Assembly (NCBI GenBank): GCA_017499595.2
Contig: CM039006.1
Location: forward strand, 434,001-498,000
Source of the DNA: Psilocybe cubensis
Lineage: Eukaryota
Length of the DNA stretch: 64,000 bases
Direction: 5' to 3'
Shown: piece after piece, positions 12,023 through 24,453 of the stretch
Layout: each line of letters begins with the position of its first letter
Position numbering within the stretch: the first letter of the stretch is position 1
Translations under genes and position numbers: made by a program
The notes under the pieces: model-generated
What the model was told of the DNA's origin: nothing
Database searches by the model: none
Seen by the model: only the letters and a program-made list of their open reading frames with translations

Positions 12023-13728
12023 ATGTCTGTTGTAACCCCCACCGAGTTAGTATACGGAGATGGAGACAAGGCTGGTGTTGCAGTGCGTCAGGCTAACCAG
12101 TTATCAAGACTACATCTAAAGTTTTCCGCAGTTAATCGCATTCCCTGCGTTGATTTCACTTGCGGCCATTGTATCTTTACTTATCGTGGGTCAAGAACAT
12201 CACTCTACAGACTCTTCATAGCTCAATGATAGGCTCAGTTCAAATTCCCCAAGAGACAAACGTTCCAAAATTCTCACATGCTTGGGTATTTTCTCTCTCT
12301 ACTTTTTGCCAATGTCTTGCAATCTATCGCCTCTGTAATGGATTTCGAGTGGGTAGCAAAAGGAAGGGTAGTCTCAGGCGGTCTCTGTAGTTCCCAAGGT
12401 ATGTGACAGTCCTGACATCTTTCTTTGTGGGTATGGCGGAGATCAACCAAATTCTAGGTGGCATCAAGCAGATTGGGAACCTCGCAGCGTCAATTTGGTA
12501 CGTCGTCTGCAAATGAGATAGAAATAAGCCTCAACATCGTGCTTTGGCGATCTCCACGTTGTCAGGTCGCTAATCATTGCCATCCATCTCTTTCATGTTC
12601 TGTTTCTCCGAATCCGTGCTACAAGACCTGTGTTCATTGGAGCCATCATCTCAGCTTGGGCTCTGGTACTTCTTATACTCTTTATCGGACGATTCGGATT
12701 TCAGAGGGAAGAAAAAGGGCCCTATTTCGGAATTGCGGGAACTTCGTAAGCACGCCAAACTGTATCATAAAGAAGCTATGTATTTATCATCACATCCGAA
12801 GATGTGGGATAACGTCTAGCTATGCTACTGCGCGAGCAGCATTGGATTACCTTTTTGTGTGTAACAGTGATCTGGTACGATGCGACCATCATACTAACTT
12901 GTCCAATTTAGTCTTTTCTATCGATTGGGCTGGGACTCGTTCTATACGTACTCGTCCTCCTCCGTGTACATGGGCTGCTCATTAGGGACAAATACCACCA
13001 TTGGCGTCTAAACTTCCGTAGAAAGGACAACGATTGGAGTCGAGTGATCATCCAGGATAACGCCATCAATGAAATTGCACGGAAATTGGTCTGGTGAGTA
13101 TCTATTCTTCTTGGTTTCCTGATGGACTACCGTTGATCATTGGCGAATATCAGGTATCCTGTGAGTACACCTGAAGATATCCAGGCCGTCTTTTGGACCA
13201 CGTAGTTGACGTATCAATAGGTATCATATTCGGTCGTCCTGATCCCCATCACAATCGTTCGAGTTATCCAGTTCAATGGCACGGCTGTGCCATTTTCGAT
13301 AACAGTTATTACGGGATTTATCTTCAACATGATGGGTATGCCCTTCTTCCTTTTCCATGCTTGTCACCTTACTGATCTTACTTCCCACAGGCTTCATCAA
13401 TGTAATCATGTTGCTATATATCGACCGTCACACACCTCAAACGGGGTTGCCATTGTTCTCTAGTGCATCCCGAGCCGGCACACCTTTTTCCTTCAATTCC
13501 CGTGTAGAGACGCCGTATTCCTTTGAGTCCCGTGCCAAATCTCCTTTCTCTTTCGAGAAAGGTCGTGATGTTGTGGAAATCGACATCAAACCAGAAGACT
13601 TTAAACCCTCTTCAAAAAGCTCACAGCAGCCACGAAATGTTCTCGTTAAACTCCCAAAACAGCCTCCCAACACTTTTGTTGCTCCGGATTCATGGAAGAC
13701 CACTGCCCCTAGGGGAAGGCATTATTAG
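12023..13728 (+). CDS. Seven-transmembrane GPCR-like protein, fungal Git3/Gpr1-like family
   Basis: The spliced product contains CSSQGGIKQIGNLAASIWSLIIAIHLFHVLF (TM3), GPYFGIAGTSCGI (ECL2 Cys), ARKLVWYPVSYSVVLIPITIVR (TM6, needing a 7-nt micro-exon at 13154-13160) and FNMMGFINVIML (TM7), then a Ser/Pro-rich tail. Confidence 0.75.
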
Positions 13729-14435
13729 GATTACGCTTTGACGAACTTTGAAGAAGAGAAACTCTGGCTTTCATTCAGTTGATTTCATTCTTTCTACTTA
13801 GGTAGTATGACGAACTTTGTACGGCACTTGTAAAGGCGTGGCTCTTGGACCTTGTACAACATCTCCAACTAACGTAGTAGTTTAGGCTTTATATAACGAG
13901 GCTTGAACTATTTGGGCTCCCTGTGAGCTAATTTCTATTATATTAGCATTGAATATAATGGCATTGGGACATGCAGACGGGTTCAGCCATATTCATGATT
14001 TTTTATCCACAAGGGGTAGATACTAGACGCTCACTGTTACCTTACTGCCAAGCAGGTCCAATCAGACTATGTCAGACTGAAGTAAGAGACTGTATTTGTA
14101 CTATGCTCGCCGCCTTATACCATTTTCCTGTATATTTTCAATGTCAACCCCGTGTTCGGACAGATAACACCCAAACTTGGACGTCTCAACTTCAAAAACC
14201 CTTTTTGTATTCTTAGCTTACAGCTTGACAATTTTCAAATCAAACCATCGGATCTCATTTCGAAGTCATCTATGAATCACTTATGATGATTGGTGCATTT
14301 TGTAGGAAACCAAGGATTCCTTTATAGCGCCTGACGTCATTTGGGGGTTACCCCTACTCTGACTACAAAATGTGATGAGAATTTCCACAGGCTTCCTTCC
14401 ACAAAAGTTTCCATCCCCACATTTTACAACGCAAC

Positions 14436-16308
14436 ATGTCTCAGAACTCATCAAAATTATCCTCAGACATTCAGTGGAAAGGATACGCGTACGTTAACGC
14501 GACCATTGCTACCTGGTTCCTATGAGCTTACGGCTGGTTCATTGATCAGTATAGAAAATACGGATGATTGGAGCAACTTCAAAGTAATAGACTTCAAACC
14601 TAAGCCAGCTGGCGACTACGATATCGATATCAAGATTGCGTATTGCGGTGTATGCGGGAGCGATGTGCGTGCTGGGTTTCTTAATCAATATTCGTTGACC
14701 ACTCTGACGCTGCTTTCAGGTCCATACCATCACTGGCGGTTGGGGAGCACCTCACCTGGTGGGTATCAGTATACAAATATTGATGCAGTCAATTCTCAAT
14801 CCGACTTCAAGCCGTTGATTCCTGGCCATGAAATAACAGGAGTAGCCGCTCGCGTAGGACCGAAAGTCACCAGTATTAAAGTCGGTGACCGCGTTGGAGT
14901 TGGGTACGTGAGCAGCAATATATGTCAAAAGGTTTTAATGTCATGGATCTCTAGTGCTCAAATCTGCTCCTGTTTGAAATGCGACTTGTGTAAAGGATAT
15001 AACGAACAATAGTAAGTGAAAATTTAACCTCCAGCGAGCGCTATTTGCTTCTAATAAAAAAACAATAGCTGCCCTGATGCAGTTGATACGTATAATGGCG
15101 TCTATCCAGACGTAAGTTTTGACTGCCTTAAATCTTTCTGTACTCATACGCGTGTAGTCGGGAACTGTCTCCCAAGGAGGCTATTCTACGGCCATCCGAG
15201 CACACGAGCATTTCGTGTTCCGGATTCCAGACAACATCAAATTTGAGGAGGCCTCACCGCTCTTTTGCGCTGGAACGACGGTGTATTCTCCTCTTGTGAG
15301 ACATGGTGCTGGGTACATGGAAATCTTCTCTATTTTCCGACAAACATTTGACGTATAAATTTAGTCCCGGAAAACGCGTTGGGGTCGTGGGGGTCGGAGG
15401 TCTCGGGTAAGATTGTTGTTTACTAGTACCATTTGAATTCTTTTATTGACTACGAAGGCAGTCATCTTGCTCTCCAGTTTGCTAAAGCATTAGGATGCGC
15501 CGACGTCATTGCTTTCTCTCACTCTCCGTCCAAGAATGTCCGTGTACATCCAAGCACTACATTGATTTGGCCTCTGAACTATTGCAATTTAGGAGGACGC
15601 ATTGAAGATGGGCGCAACTAGGGTCATCAACACTGGCGAACAAGGCTTCGAGTCTTCAGTTAAAGGCAAACTTGATTTAATAATCGTAGGTCTCAATCTT
15701 TTTTATAGTACTGGTCACCTTTCTAACCTATTCAACAGAGTACTGTAGACGATTTCGGTGCCCTACCCCTTCAAGAGATTTTATCCACCCTCAAAATAGG
15801 AGGCCGTTATATAATGGTTGGCTTACCCGACGACAACCTGCCAAAGATGAAGGCAATGGGTAAGTGGCGAAAAATGAAATCGATGATAACCTTGGGTAAC
15901 ACATCACTCTATCATTTAGATCTGGTTGCAAAGGGCGTGTTGCTGGGAGGTAGCAAAATGTATGTTCCATTTTTACTTCTCCGTTTTGACGAGCATTTGA
16001 CGTCGGTATTCTGCAAATAGTGGCAGCAGGAAAGAAATTGTAGAGATGTTGAAACTAGCGTCGGAAAAGAATGTCCGTCCATGGATTCAAGTTCTCCCAA
16101 GTTCGTGTAACATTGTTCTCCAGTTTGTGCAGCAAATACTAACCACCGTTTCAGTGAAAGATGCTGGAAAGGCAGTGAAAGCGTTGAACGAGAATAAAGT
16201 AAAATATCGTGAAGTGTTGAGGTATGTTATTATTGGCGTCATCTGCGTAAGAATGCATGTTAAATTTCTTTTGGTAGGCAAGATATAGATGGAAAACAGA
16301 TCAACTAG
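14436..16308 (+). CDS. Zn-dependent medium-chain alcohol dehydrogenase (cinnamyl-alcohol dehydrogenase / Adh6-like)
   Basis: CGVCGSDVH, GHE, GDRVGVG, structural-Zn motif CLKCDLC...C, PLFCAG and Rossmann GVGGLG, spread over many short exons. Start MSQNSSK; stop TAG at 16306-16308. Confidence 0.92.
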
Positions 16309-16665
16309 ATCATTATGGATGAAATGGGATCATATCACAGTAGAGTGTAAGCCATTGTAATCATACTTCCACGATCAAAATCCCTCGCCCTATTACAAGT
16401 AAGAAATTATAAATCCATTTAATAATAGCATTACCTTTATAATTGAGTTGTACGTTCGTCGCGACCTGAACGCTTCAGATGCCAAAAGTCCCATTTGTAG
16501 CCCCTGAAAATTAACCAAGTTAAGACTAAATTAAAGCGGAGATAGAATTTTCACCCGAGGTCCGGAGCACGCCATTTTCAACCGTAACTCGTTACCCAAC
16601 CAGTGGCTTGTGCCGCTCTGGTAGTTGGCAACTCCTACTGCGACAGCTCTATACGGCTTGAGGTT

Positions 16666-18347
16666 ATGGCCATAATCGAGGAACGCTTGGACACTGGAGG
16701 AATCGCCCACACTCAACTCGTTAATAGCATAGTTAAAGCGACGAAGTCAAGTCGACCTGAACACGGAGATAGACATGTTGGAATGGTGTATATAGTCGAC
16801 CTTTTAACTCGGATGTTCCTACCGTCAGGATATCCCAATAGTGTTTCTCCAGGTGAGCTGAATTTGGTTAATATCTTTATGGTTTGTTGACAACCTTTTG
16901 CAGATTATCTTCGGTATGAATCATCCGTCGAGGCCTTGCGATTATTATCCAATACATATGCAGTTATCAAATTCTAAATGCACTGCAAGCGTTTTGTAAC
17001 TCGTTAGCTGGGATGTTGTCATCGAGGGCCATCTTACAAGGTTAGCTGCATACTTGGTCCTATCTTCATAAGCTGCTGACCATCGTCGTCGTCTCAGGAT
17101 TTGGTGTAGGGGATCCCACTGCCTCAGCCACCAAGGCACTTCTACTTACAGTGTTACAAGATGTCTTCGGTCGACTGACGAGTACGAGCTGTCCCATCTT
17201 GCTCTTATTGTGGACGAACTGACGCAGCGGGATTAATTTGTAGCCATACTGTCCGCACATCTAATTGGGTCTTCTCTTTATCCAGAAGCAAAAACCTATC
17301 GGCTGCTTGCAGATGTATTAAACGACACTGCGGTGATTCTGGATACCCTGTCCCCATTCTTCAACACGTTCTCTATACCTGGTCTTCGTGTTGCTTCTCT
17401 GTGTCTGAGCGCTATTTTCAAATCTCTCTGCTCCATCTGTGCTGGAGGCTCCAAGGCCGCGATTGCGGTACATTTTGCTACCCCTATTTCCGGTAAAGGC
17501 GATGTAGGTGATCTCAATGCGAAAGATGCCAGCAAAGAAACTGTACTCGCTCTTTTCGGCATGCTGGTACGTAACGTTTGCGATTTTGATTAGGAACTGC
17601 TAACTCACCAGTTCGGTCTAGCTTGGAACATTAATTGTTCCATATGTGTCGTCCCCTCTATCGACACACATTCTACTCTTCATTCTTGTCTGCCTCCATC
17701 TTGGGATAAACTACATCGGCGTACGTTTGCTTATACTGCGTTCACTCAACCGACAGCGACTCGCAATTGCGTGGCAAATGTTTGACGATTCTGTCAAAGG
17801 TCACGCCCCTGAGCCATCCGAGGTTGCGCCCCTCGAGCGCATATTCGACTTTTCGGATTTTGTCTATGATGTTACTTCAGGCTCTCCTCTTGGCAGAATT
17901 TCTATCGGCTGTTCGTTCTCACACAGGGTTCAAGGCGTATTTCCTCCGTCAGTGTTCAGCCTCTTTACAGAAGAACGTTACGTGATCTGGTTTGAGGCCA
18001 GTTGCCTCTGTTCTACTGATGATGGCGATGTTGTGATTGTTGGACCCACGGTTCGTGTGAATATCTTCTTGAAAGAAGGATGTACGGAACAAGATCAGCT
18101 CCGTGCCTGGATCCACGCCGTTAATGTATGCCGACTGACACAAAAACCTCCTCGAAAGCTTAGCGCCATGACGGTGTTGAAAGATGCCCATAGCTCGATG
18201 TCTTTGCGGTATCAAACTTTTATGAAGAAAATGCAGGCAGCGCATTGGAAGACTGACGACATTGCCATTATGGTCGGCTCCCCGGTTTCCGTCATTGCTG
18301 ACATCAACCTGGAAAAGCATTCTATAGAAGACAAGAAAACTCGCTAA
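16666..18347 (+). CDS. RUS1: RUS1 family / DUF647 protein (root UVB sensitive-like)
   Basis: FLPSGYPNSVSPDYL, LQAFCNSLAG, K(T)YRLLADVLND, GDLNAKDASKETV and LRSLNRQR are characteristic DUF647 segments. Confidence 0.88.
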
Positions 18348-18759
18348 TCAGGTCTTTTTTGTTAGATCTTTGTCGGTAGAATCGACTCTTGGCTTGGTCC
18401 ACAAGGATAGGCAGGTGAAAAGAGCCAAATCTTTTTAGATGTGCCAGTCACCAGTCATGTATTACTTACACTCTACGATATCTACGTTTATACATCCGTA
18501 GGTACGGCGATCTGGGATAATTATACATACTATACTGATCACAAGTATACTAAATTGGCTTGCGTACGTATAAATACCTACCTTAGTAGCGGCTCTTACA
18601 TCAAGTTTGGCGGTGCGAAAAGGTACTTCCCAGAGCACGTTGAAACAATATATAATTGCATGACTGGTCTCCTCTTTCTTCGTTCGTTCCTTTCTTCCTT
18701 TCCTCCCCCCTCCTAATCTGTTTCAAATCCTGTGCTTTCCCTCAAGATCTGACAGAAGC

Positions 18760-19411
18760 ATACCTATTACAAACACTTGTCTTTCATGCGATAAGACCTT
18801 CGACACTGTTGCAGGTCTCCGTTCTCATTGTCGCGCCAAAAAGCATGCAACTCCCTTTGTCTGCGACGAATGCAATTTAACATTTGCCTCGTCCATTGCA
18901 TTACAGTCTGTACGTTCTTATAATTTGATTCTGATTCTAAAAATGTGTTTACCTGATCTTACTCTGTAGCACATGAACTCGCCACGTCACGCAGAGGATG
19001 ACCTTTTTGACAACTATGAATCCAGCGAAGAAGACGAAGACGGCGATGAACCATACTGTGAAGGTTGCAATCGAATTTTTGTAAACACTTTCAGCCTCCA
19101 CCAACATCTCGCGTTTTCTGAGAAGCACAATTGGTGTTTTGAATGCTCTCGCGACTTCTCGTTCCAGGGGGCCCTTGTCCAGGTATGTGTACTTCACCAT
19201 GAAACCCTTATTTGTCCCTCACCTACTTGATCATTAGCACCAGAATTCGTTGGCACACAAAGGTCGCGACTTCAAATGTCCCTTCTGCAACTCTATGTTT
19301 AAAAGCACATCTGGGATTGCAATGCACATCGAATCGGGCTGCCACAGAGTCACGCGCCACCAGGTTACAGCTTCACACTCATGTCGACCGGGATGTTGTA
19401 CTGTTATGTGA
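18760..19411 (+). pseudogene. Multi-C2H2 zinc-finger protein, apparently damaged (ATA at the expected start, 3'-truncated)
   Basis: Five CxxC...H..H/C fingers over exons 18760-18909, 18970-19182 and from 19238. There is no in-frame ATG between a TGA at 18661 and the first finger. After ESGCHRVTRHQVTA (about 19372) the frame runs into unrelated sequence and stops at 19409-19411. Confidence 0.6.
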
Positions 19412-19837
19412 TTGTACTCGGAAAGGCGGCTTCAGCAGTTAAGTACTACCTAGTACCTGCCATGGGGGTAAACAATAGTAAATTGTAGAAATATTCAAAC
19501 ACTGCTGGCGTCCATCTATATTTAACTGGTAAAAATGGGTTGTAACAATGTCAATAATGAAAAATGTGATCTTTACCATGAAAATTGAAAATAATTTTCG
19601 CAGATTAGAATAATGTAAAATTTTGAACTCTTTGCGGCGTTTTCATCACTCGAAAAATGGTTACTTTTTGCATGAGTATTTACACAAAAAATGGGTTTGC
19701 TCTTTGAAAATGCTAAGACCTTCAGAAGCAATCGTACTCTAAACTATTGGCTAAAATTTTCAATACTTACCACAATCCTGGTTCTATTGATAATCTATAT
19801 ACGCGTCTGTTGACATATAACTCTCTATCTACCCATG

Positions 19838-19909
19838 GGTCATGTAGCTCAGTGGTAGAGCATTGGCATATATAGCCGGGAGTCACTGGTTCAACTCCAG
19901 TCCTGACCG
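19838..19909 (+). pseudogene. tRNA-like sequence (pseudo-tRNA or SINE head) with an aberrant anticodon loop
   Basis: Cloverleaf GGTCATG-TA-GCTCAGTGGTAGAGC-A-TTGGC-ATATATA-GCCGG-GAGTC-ACTGGTTCAACTCCAGT-CCTGACC-G. A and B boxes are present. The ATATATA loop has a pyrimidine at position 37, and the acceptor stem has one mismatch. Confidence 0.75.
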
Positions 19910-19990
19910 TATCTTTTCCGTCGTCACCTGATTGAGTGATTCTAACAGCGTCAAATTCTTGTTCCCACTCTTTAGTTACACAATCCAGCC

Positions 19991-20295
19991 CAAGGGGCCC
20001 TCCCCGGAGCTTACCGAGAAATCAACCCTACCCTTGAGGTCAAGGGAGTGGCTATGTTGCTGGTGCAGCAGAGCCTGGAGCTTGAAGACCTGACAAGTCA
20101 CAAGCAAAACTGCCATTGCACATAATTATATTGTGGTTCACGTAGACCTATGTGAACATATTGTAAGGCAATGAAGCATGCACTTTCTGTCGTCAATATT
20201 TGAGGGACAATCATTGGACTGTCGCTCAACACAGCCACTCCCTTGACCTCAAGGGTAGGGTTGATTTCTCGGTAAGCTCCGGGGAGGGCCCCTTG
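19991..20295. mobile_element. Young hAT-like MITE, 305 bp
   Basis: The 69-bp TIRs (19991-20059 and 20227-20295, starting CAAGGGGCCCTCCCCGG) differ at one position. A perfect 8-bp TSD ATCCAGCC sits at 19983-19990 and 20296-20303. Confidence 0.92.
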
Positions 20296-21207
20296 ATCCA
20301 GCCCATCTATCGTCGACACGTCAATCACGTGTACCATGTGACTTCGCACGGACACCGATTCACTCACTGCCTCGACGCAAGTACTTAGTACTTCACATCT
20401 TGAAACACTCACTGTAGTCCCTATGCGTAATTCAAAAGCAACTGTGATGGCAACTAGGAATCTCTTGCAAGGCTCTCCAATGCTGTTAATATTTCCTGTC
20501 TCCAGCGTTATTTTGCCAAACAAGTTCTTGAACACTGCAGAAGATGATTGAATATGCTGACGACGACGGCAAGGGATGAATATGGTTTTAAAGTGAATCC
20601 ACACACACCCTGCGTGGTTCTTATAACTTTTCGTCGAGCGTTTATCAGTGAGACAGTCACTCATCATCTTTACATATCATCCTCGGAACAGCCGTATTAT
20701 GCGAGTGTTTTATGTTGGTGCGCATATAACCTCCTTTAACGCCATCCACCTGACGCTGCACCACGTATATGCTCACCATGATGACTTTTGCAGATGTGAT
20801 GTTTGACATGTATGTGTGGAAAGGACTATGTAGACTATGTGGTTAATGCAACCGCACACTCTACAAAGCCTGCGATAAGTATCGGGTCTCCGACACGACA
20901 CGGACAGTTTGATTCATGACATTGGATAGTTTACTCAACATCTCCATCGTCAGGAGTGCCTCTTGATTTTGTCAAACTCTCTGAAGAGCTTCCCCCTGGT
21001 TATGCGACCCCCTGGTTATCGCATAGGCTTATCCGCAAGTTGTGGGCGTTTTGGGGATTCTCATGTCGGCCATGCCGTCGTGACTCGTCGTTAACAAGAG
21101 TTAGGTGCCAGTATTAATACTTGAGGCGCAGTCTAGGGAACAAATATCTTCGAAAGACGCAGAACAAATCTCTCAAACCATTCGTATAAACATCATTGAA
21201 TACGACC

Positions 21208-22656
<1,449 letters not shown>

Positions 22657-23205
22657 GCTAACCGCCCACGACACGTCGAACGCGAGGAATATATAATCTG
22701 TTTGCGACCTATTAGTTATTGAGAATTCATATCGATGTATCTCTGTCACAAAGAGAGTTGCTGCAGTACATGCCCTTGTTATGATAGATAAGCTTGGACC
22801 AACCCTTCGTTAAATCTCTGAGGAAAATTTAGCATCCAGGATGCTGGGAGAACATCGAGCGGTTTATTTGACGTAAAAGATTCTCGGTTAGGTGCTGGCG
22901 GTGTATCCTAATGATAAGGAGAATGAGAGGAAATCCTCGAGTATCGCCATGTCACTCATATTGCGATGTAGCTTGTTTGAGGTGATTGCATCTGATCACG
23001 TCGCAAGGTCGATTTTGTCTCTGATAGATGGAGCCTACCTGTTCCGTACTTTATTTAAAAAGAGGCTACATATACGGTATTTCCACTAGCGTCAATAGTA
23101 GTAATCAATGTAGCATGCAGTGCGGGTACATCTGTGTTCGTCGTTGGATCCTTCACATGCCCTTTGGCCCGGGAGCGGGTGGCGACTGTCTCGATCACAA
23201 GCATC

Positions 23206-23301
23206 GCCCGCCTAGCTCAATCGGATAGAGCGTCAGACTCTTATAGTGTCTATAGGCAACAGGCGATCTGAAGGCTGCGAGTTCGACCCTCGCGGTGGGC
23301 T
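23206..23301 (+). tRNA. tRNA-Lys-CTT: tRNA-Lys(CTT) with a 22-nt intron (23244-23265)
   Basis: GCCCGCCTAGCTCAATCGGATAGAGCGTCAGACTCTTA-intron-ATCTGAAGGCTGCGAGTTCGACCCTCGCGGTGGGCT, followed by a T-run terminator. Confidence 0.95.
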
Positions 23302-23635
23302 ACTTCACTGTTTTTTTCGTGTCTTCGTCCGTGGGAGGCAAGACGGCTGAGATCAATTGGGCGCTAATGAAATTGTTTAGCCTACTTGCCAGGCCTACAA
23401 TTTTGTTTCGGTTTATGAGTACGGACGTCACCTAGACGTCAAGCTGGCTCCTAGTATCCTAAGTCCTACATGCGAACTGATGTTACGCGCCGAGGGTTGA
23501 ACAATGATATGAACAATTGCAACTGCTGTCTATGTGAGAGTTAATACACAGGTACATCATATAATGATGGTATTAAGTAGGGTTTGACTCTTACCGCTGG
23601 TATGGTGGGTCAACTGGTTTGCTGCCAGGCATGTC

Positions 23636-24453
23636 ATTGACGGCAGTCTTATTCCAATAGTCGGGTTGGTCTAGTCGTAAATTGCTCGTTGGTCAATAAC
23701 CATAAGCGGGACCAAGAGGGCATACTGCTCTTACTCAGACTGTCATCGATGGGCAGGGAGGGTGGTCTTGGGTACGAAGATTCCTCCGACATCGACCAGA
23801 ATGGCATAGACTTTGATACTGTTGGATATGATAGTGGCGCGATGGGTAATGAAGCCGACAGGTGATCATTATAATTATGCCCTTCAGGCGACGTCAAGGT
23901 TGGTTCGTGGTATTGGAATCTTGACGATGTGAGGGCATTGAGCTGCCTACCAGTGGGGGGAGGTATAGCACATTTGTCTATGGGACCGACCAAAGTGAAG
24001 TCAGCATGAAAGTAGCAAAAGTGCGTTCGAAATAGTATTCACTCGAGCTATGATACGCATCCCCTGGCTCTGGTGTGCGTCTTCGTGAAGAAGGTAAGGT
24101 AACTTGGGGGTCTTCCAGGTGATGTTGGTACATAAAAAGGGGACCACCGCCCTCCATTGTCAATCTAAGTGGAGAATTTGCGTCTAGCTGATCTAGCTCA
24201 ACCAGACACTCGAGAAATAGCTTGAGACCATCTTGATACTGGGGTGCTATGATATTATACATTTTAAATCAGCGAAAGACGCCCAAGTGCTTCCCAATGG
24301 CACGTTCAGCTTACATGATTCGTCAACGTCGGCCCATCGATCCACGTACGAACTCTCTTGGTGGTGCAAGTGTGTCGAAGATATATGGTCGCTATCTGCG
24401 AAGCCGTTGTCTAGTGTAGCATCTACGACGGGTACGGTGTAGAGGTGAGCCAT
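23636..24453 (-). CDS. Hypothetical protein (spliced, Ser/Pro-rich); 3' end uncertain
   Basis: ATG at 24453 (MAHLYTVP). Three ORF-track fragments join in frame through GT-AG introns (...DES|SPQYQDGLKLFLE...HSS|NKCAIPPP...). No recognisable domain. Confidence 0.4.

Noticed and set aside
19838-19909. Functional tRNA-Tyr(ATA)
   Set aside because: Purine at position 32, pyrimidine at 37, two G-U pairs in the anticodon stem and an acceptor-stem mismatch; kept only as a pseudo-tRNA.
20098-20667. 189-aa minus-strand ORF
   Set aside because: It reads through the MITE and its TIR, so it is a chimeric frame. A remnant at about 20400-20700 cannot be identified.
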